Assembly (NCBI GenBank): GCA_002633005.1
Contig: NMRA01000339.1
Span: 15,217-79,216 of the forward strand
DNA from: Phoronis australis
Taxonomy: Eukaryota > Animalia > Phoronida
Direction: 5' to 3'
DNA length: 64,000 nt
The notes beneath the pieces are model-generated. The model saw only the letters and a program-made list of their open reading frames with translations, was not told the DNA's origin and ran no database searches. Made by a program: the position numbers and the translations under genes. Shown here piece by piece: positions 31,560 to 64,000 of the stretch (the first letter of the stretch is position 1; each line of letters starts with the position of its first letter).

Positions 31560-33779
31560 ATTGTATCATTATACGATTAAATGGCACTCTTTATAGTGGT
31601 TGGTTCACTCTTGAAAATGGTGTCCGTCAGGGGGACGTTTTATCACCGACACTCTTTGTTTTATATATAAATGACTTAGCTCTGGACATTAAAAAACTGG
31701 GTAAAGGTGTCAAATGTGGCCCGAACAATGAATATTTCAGTGCTTCTTTATACCGACGATATTGCACTTTTGTCTGAGAATGAGAATGACGTGCAAGATA
31801 TGTTGAAGGTTTTAAACAACTGTGTAAAAAGTTGAGAATGGTTTTAAATTGGAAAATCTAATGTTGTCCATTTCCGAGCTAAGACTATGCCTAGAAGCAA
31901 TTTTGAATTTGTTAGGAACAGTGTCATCAGTTATAAATCCTCATACAAATATTTAGGCTGTATTCTGGATCAACACCTTGACTTCAAAGAAAATGTCTCG
32001 TTATGTGAAGCTTTTGGGAGAGCGTTAGGAAAAATATGCTCAACATTCCGTGATAACAAGAATCTAGGATTCGAAACGTATTTAAAAAACATTATTTAAT
32101 TCGTGTGTGACACCAATTTTGGATTACGGGTCTTCTGTTTGGGGTTACAAAAATTTTGGTAATGATGAAAATATTCAAAACAGAACTGTGCGTTTTTATT
32201 TAGGGGTCAACCGATTTACAGACCCTCATGCTCTTAGAGTCGATATGGGGTGGGACTCCACCGGAAGTAGATTCAAATAGGCCTTTTGCGAGTTTATAAC
32301 AATAACGCGAGATTATGTGAGACTTAACTGTGACGTCACGGGAAGTGGGGCAAAAGCTTGTCGTTTGGTCATTTGCCCAATACGGTAGCAGAGTGTATTC
32401 TGTTATTGTCTTCGAGTTTTTAGCCGTTTAGTTCGAAAAATGTCCAAAAGCATTGCTGTTATGGCAAATGAACTTCAGATTCGCACTACAATACGTTCTA
32501 TCGCGTTCTGTACTAATTTCGTCCCGTGNACACTCTTTGTTTTATATATAAATGACTTAGCTCTGGACATTAAAAACTGGGTAAAGGTGTCAAATGTGGC
32601 CCGAACAATGAATATTTCAGTGCTTCTTTATGCCGACGATATTGCACTTTTGTCTGAGAATGAGAATGACGTGCTAGATATGTTGAAGGTTTTAAACAAC
32701 TGTGTAAAAAGTTGAGAATGGTTTTAAATTGGAAGATCTAATGTTGTCCATTTCCGAGCTAAGACTATGCCTAGAAGCAATTTTGAATTTGTTTTGAACA
32801 GTTTCATCAGTTATAAATCCTCACACAAATATTTAGGCTGTATTCTGGATCAACACCTTGACTTCAAAGAAAATTTCTCGTTATGTGAAGCTTTTGGGAG
32901 AGCGTTACGAAAAATATGCTCAACATTCCGTGATAACAAGAATCTAGGATTCGAAACGTTTTTAAAAAACATTATTTAATTCGTGTGTGACACCAATTTT
33001 GGATTACGGGTCATCTGTTTGGGGTTACAAAAATTTTGGTAATGATGAAAATATTCAAAACAGAACTATGCGTTTTTATTTAGGGGTCAACCGATTTACA
33101 GCCACTCATGCTCTATAGTGTCGATATGGGGTGGGACTCCACCGGAAGTAGATTCAAATTGAATATGTTGGGTCTTTGGAACTAGTGACCACAGGTGGTG
33201 ATAGGTTACTGAAGAAGGTATTTTTGTGGGACTACTCTGTTGGTAGAAATGGTTGGATAGACGGAATGAAAAATTTGTTTACCATAACTATGCAATCCTG
33301 TTTTCAAAATTTGAGTACTTGTAACATAGTAGAGGCTAAAAACAAACTATTTGAATATTCGAAACATGTTTGGGGTGAGTCCGTTATAACAAAACCCAAG
33401 TTAAGAACCTACATTTTATTTAAGCACGAGTTTTTAACTGAACCGTATGTAAAGCTTAATTTATCTCTTTCCGAGCGATCTCTTTTGGCTCAGCTTAGAG
33501 CAGGAAATTCCCATTGCACTTGGAAACTGGTCGTTATGTAAACACTCCTGTAAGTGAAAGGCTTTGCTTGTGTTGTGATTCCGGTTCTGTGTGTTCCCTA
33601 GGTAATTTGCCAAATATATCAAGTCTGCTTGACGCATATAGTAGGCCTACATCTGAGTTGTGTAATTAAAGTGACTAATAAGCCCAACTTGGCTGGGTAC
33701 TTATCTTTCTTAAAAATGTTATACCTATAACTGTTTGAATTAATTGTACTTGTCACTATAAATACAATACAATACAATA
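31560..33779 (+). mobile_element. 5'-truncated LINE (CR1/L2 group) reverse-transcriptase pseudogene, partly duplicated across the N at 32529
   Basis: GVRQGDVLSPTLFVLYINDL, LLYADDIALL, YKYLG, KPKLRTY..FK..EPYV, LAQLRAG; multiple stops and frameshifts; (ATACA)n 3' tail at 33761-33779. Confidence 0.9.
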
Positions 33780-34939
33780 GTCAGAGATGTCTAATACAGT
33801 TTATGGTCGGAAAATTACCTTTAATTGGGTTTTAAGTTGCTCGCATCGGGCAATGCGGTCATCACAATTGTACCTGATTCTGGCGCCGCGCTCCCTTTGA
33901 TCCTGGTACAAGGCCGCTCAGAAGAACGAGCGGTGAAAATTCCCGAATTCGTCATATGCCTTTAGAAATGTGCGACTTCCTTGTAAGCGTATTATTCACG
34001 GTATGTTGGTCATTCCCGGCCCATATTAGCTCGTGTTTGCGCCACAATTTTTGGCAAACGCAGATAGGCCTACTTAATTGTTTTTTCAGTTTTTCGACAA
34101 TATTAAATAGTTCCTCTGTTGGTTTCTTCAGTAAAGTTTGTAAATCCATCGCTTATGTGTTATGTCTGACTTTAAGCACCTTACCACTGACACTGAGTGA
34201 AAATAAGTTCCGTTATTACAAATGTTACTGGATTTGGTCGATTTGTTAAAGAGTTTTGTACATTAGATTTGTGGTGTTGCAGAATTGTTACCATATGATA
34301 TAAAGTTTATAAATTATTTTTGTTAAAGGTTATGTTAGTCTTGTTACGTCACTTCATGTTACCTGTTACTCAGGTAGCTCAATGTTTCTTGGTCTTGCTT
34401 GTTATTGAAGTTATTACTGTGTCATTGTCCTCAACGGACACAATATGATTTTTTTCATGGCCTAGCGCGCACAGTACAATTTGATATTAGTGATTTTCAG
34501 GTATATAGATATGAACAGTGCTCCGGCAGTGGCGCTGCGCACTACGACTCCGTTTCCGTAGTCTGCTTCACTGTGCAATGAAGAAAATTAATTCATTTTT
34601 TAAAGAAAATGGAATCTGAGTGACGATGAAAAAAGAGAAGCTGCTGGTGAGATGTGAATTTTAATCAAAGCCTTAGTGAATCACTCAGAAACTAATAATT
34701 CTCTCGTTGTCAAACCTTAACTTAAGACGATTTCCAAAGCAATCGCGTCATTAATGCCAACACAAAAAACGGATTTGGTCTTTTGGGCAATTGAAGACTA
34801 TTTCAAATACAACAAATTTGTTACGAACTGATTGCACAAAATATAAAAAATGTAATAAGCATTACAAAAAGAAGTGGGTTTGGCGCGCAAACGCTGTGGA
34901 CCATAAACAAGTAGGTCTCTTATTATCACATTATGAGTG

Positions 34940-35010
34940 AAGTTGTGGTGGTGCAGCTGAAAAGCACGCGCCTTCAATCTGCCAGGTCGCGAGTTCGAAT
35001 CTGTGAGATG
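34940..35010 (+). other. tRNA-like Pol III promoter remnant (SINE head or tRNA pseudogene)
   Basis: A-box-like TGGTGCAGCTG and B-box GAGTTCGAATC at tRNA spacing; no clean cloverleaf. Confidence 0.4.
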
Positions 35011-35353
35011 AGCAGTTTTTCATGTTTGACAGTACGTTCTCCGCGTTTTTTTTTTCTTTCCGTTTGCCTTTTTTTCTTGGATAATACTTCAGGAATCAAG
35101 GAAAATGTTTGATTTTTAGAGGAAAAAACAGAAAAATTTTCCTGGGTGGGGGGGGAGGGTTTGCCCCCCTCCCGTCCTTGAGAATGGCCGATAGAATGGT
35201 GCTTTTCTCGGGACCTGAAATTTTCAAAGATCTCGAGAAAAGCACCATTTATCGGCCAGTGCATTGTTACCGGTACCAAACGGACGTCTTGTTTAGTGTC
35301 TGGTATGGGTAAGATTAACAAGCCCTAGTGTTGGCTTACCTCAATTCTCCACA

Positions 35354-36157
35354 TTTCAAAAAATAACTGCCAAAACTGTCACTCTTCTATTTTTGTACCT
35401 AACCGCAAAAAATCAAAATTTTGTCAAAAGCTTTTATTACATTTACACAGTACAAACTTTGCTAGAAATTGACTAAACATTTCTAAATCTTTATTTTTTG
35501 TGAGAGCATAGAATTTCAAATGTTGAACATGTTGCATGCAAAAGTAAAGATGTATTTGCATGCTCCAAACTATGCAAGAGCTTAACGACAATAATTTTAA
35601 ACATAATCTATGCGAAACAAAGTGCAGTTTTATTCATTGACAACTTGTAAACGTGAAAACAAAAAAATCTGCAAACAGGTGACCTTTTCACTATTGACAT
35701 ACCTTTGGCGGAGGCTCACAATAACCCGCATCATGCAGTGTTATTCCCCAGCACNTTTCAAGAAATAACTGCCAAAACTGCCACTCTTCTATTTTTCTAC
35801 CTAACCGCAAAAAATCAAAATTTTGTCAAAAGCTTTTATTACATTTACACAGTACAAACTTTGCTAGAAATTGACTAAACATTTCTAAATCTTTATTTTT
35901 TTGTGAGAGCATAGAATTTCAAATGTTGAACATGTTGCATGCAAAAGTAAAGATGTATTTGCATGCTCCAAACTATGCAAGAGCTTAACGACAATAATTT
36001 TAAACATAATCTATGCGAAACAAAGTGCAGTTTTATTCATTGACAACTTGTAAACATGAAAACAAAAAAATCTGCAAACAGGTGACCTTTTCACTATTGA
36101 CATACCTTTGGCGGAGGCTCACAATAACCCGCATCATGCAGTGTTATTCCCCAGCAC
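35354..36157. repeat. ~400-bp near-identical tandem duplication straddling the N at 35755 (probable assembly overlap)
   Basis: 35354-35754 versus 35756-36157, only a few mismatches. Confidence 0.85.
35835..35840 (-). terminator. Candidate JAK polyadenylation signal AATAAA
   Basis: About 800 nt after the stop, followed by U-rich sequence. Several other AATAAA hexamers lie nearby and the region is duplicated at an N join. Confidence 0.3.
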
Positions 36158-36632
36158 TCACGATACTTACTGCAAACATTGAGTGATTTACGTTTCATTT
36201 TGGACACAGAACTTGTTCTTAAATTAATTTGGCAATTTTCAACGTACTTCTCAATCACATCATCACTGTATGATGTGTTTCTAATTAATTTGGCCAAACA
36301 CTTACACAGAATAAGTATACAAATTTCACTTTAAGTGAAGAATTACCATGATAGTAGTAAATGCCCATAAATTCACTCAGGAACCGGAGACTCCTTAAAA
36401 AGAACACGCCATGACATATCTATTGCACAATTTTAAGTTATGAGTGGCTGTGTTTGTAGAAAATACATGTCTACAACACAACTATGAATAAATCTTAAAC
36501 AAATTCAATGATGTTGGAGTTTTAAGTCTATTAAGACTGTACAATGTCTTATAAATTACATCACGACCACCCAAGCTCTATGCAAGAGCTCACATGCCGA
36601 TAGTACATGTATGCTCAGAGATGCTAGACGTT

Positions 36633-63342
<26,710 letters not shown>

Positions 63343-64000
63343 CTGTGGCGAAGACATCACAACAATCAACTAATAAACTAGTCAGACAAGTTTTAAAACC
63401 TCTGGGAAAGTGTTAAAAAAGTAATGCACACTTGCATGAAACAGTTCCAAGCGGGGACTCAATTTATTTCCCTAAATTTTTTGCATCGTTGCTGAATCAT
63501 ATAATTATGATGTACATTTTCGTGCGGTCATTTTTTTAATACGAGCTCCTCTTTGACTAATAAAACTTAATAAAACTGAGACCTTAGTTCAGTGAAAATA
63601 AATGGGGGCTTTTTTCTTAAATTAGGCACGTTGCACGAAAAGAACACCATTTATTTTCAAAAATACAGAGAATTGAAGGTAGAACTTATTTTCGGTGTGT
63701 ACCTAAGAAAAGAAATCCCTTAGTAAACAGCGTTCAGAAAGAATAATCAGTGTTTTCACAAGTCCACAGATGTAGTGAAAAGTTTCTTAGAAATGAATAT
63801 AGATGAGTGCCTATTCAGTCTGTTTTATGCAACCGGGTGGCGGTGCATTCACGTGTCCACCAGGCGTGCTTGGTTCATATGACTCCAGGGAAAATGCTTT
63901 AAACTCCGAAAAAGCAATGTATTATCCATGTATAGGGAAATGAGCTATGTCTATATCTTGCCATACCAAATAAGGAGACATGCTTTGCCTTGTGGGAAAA

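Noticed and set aside
33952-34149. Minus-strand ORF MDLQTLLKKPTEELFNIVEKLKKQL... as a gene
   Set aside because: Short, no recognisable domain or linked exons; probably a fragment of an unidentified repeat.
34940-35010. Functional tRNA gene
   Set aside because: A and B boxes are present but acceptor and anticodon stems do not pair convincingly; kept only as a Pol III promoter remnant.
35354-36157. Tandem duplication of the JAK 3' UTR region as a biological feature
   Set aside because: The two copies meet exactly at a single N and differ only at allele-like levels, typical of an unmerged contig overlap.

Overview
AT-rich, intron-rich animal (invertebrate-type) genomic DNA, not prokaryotic. 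Two multi-exon genes lie in tandem on the minus strand, and both can be spliced by hand with GT-AG junctions and consistent phases. (1) A Janus kinase (FERM/SH2-like/pseudokinase/kinase) with 17 visible exons from 63342 down to the stop at 36633; its 5' end lies beyond the window. (2) An ACSL3/4-type long-chain acyl-CoA synthetase with 13 visible coding exons from ATG 20260 down to 1254; its 3' end lies beyond the window. Introns and the intergenic region are full of mobile DNA: six loci of a Helentron/HINE (DINE-1-like) non-autonomous family, a TTAA-flanked Kolobok-like relic with THAP and P2X7-ballast-like remnants, LINE fragments, a tRNA-derived SINE with a 53-bp minisatellite, a Penelope-like fragment with a decayed hammerhead, and several MITEs. 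The most unusual signals are a co-oriented CTCF-consensus-like motif carried once per ~146-bp monomer in the HINE arrays, and a 67-bp tandem amplification of the ACSL 'gate' exon together with its splice acceptor. Three single Ns mark assembly joins, two of them with probable artefactual duplications. All coordinates were read by eye and may be off by a few bases.
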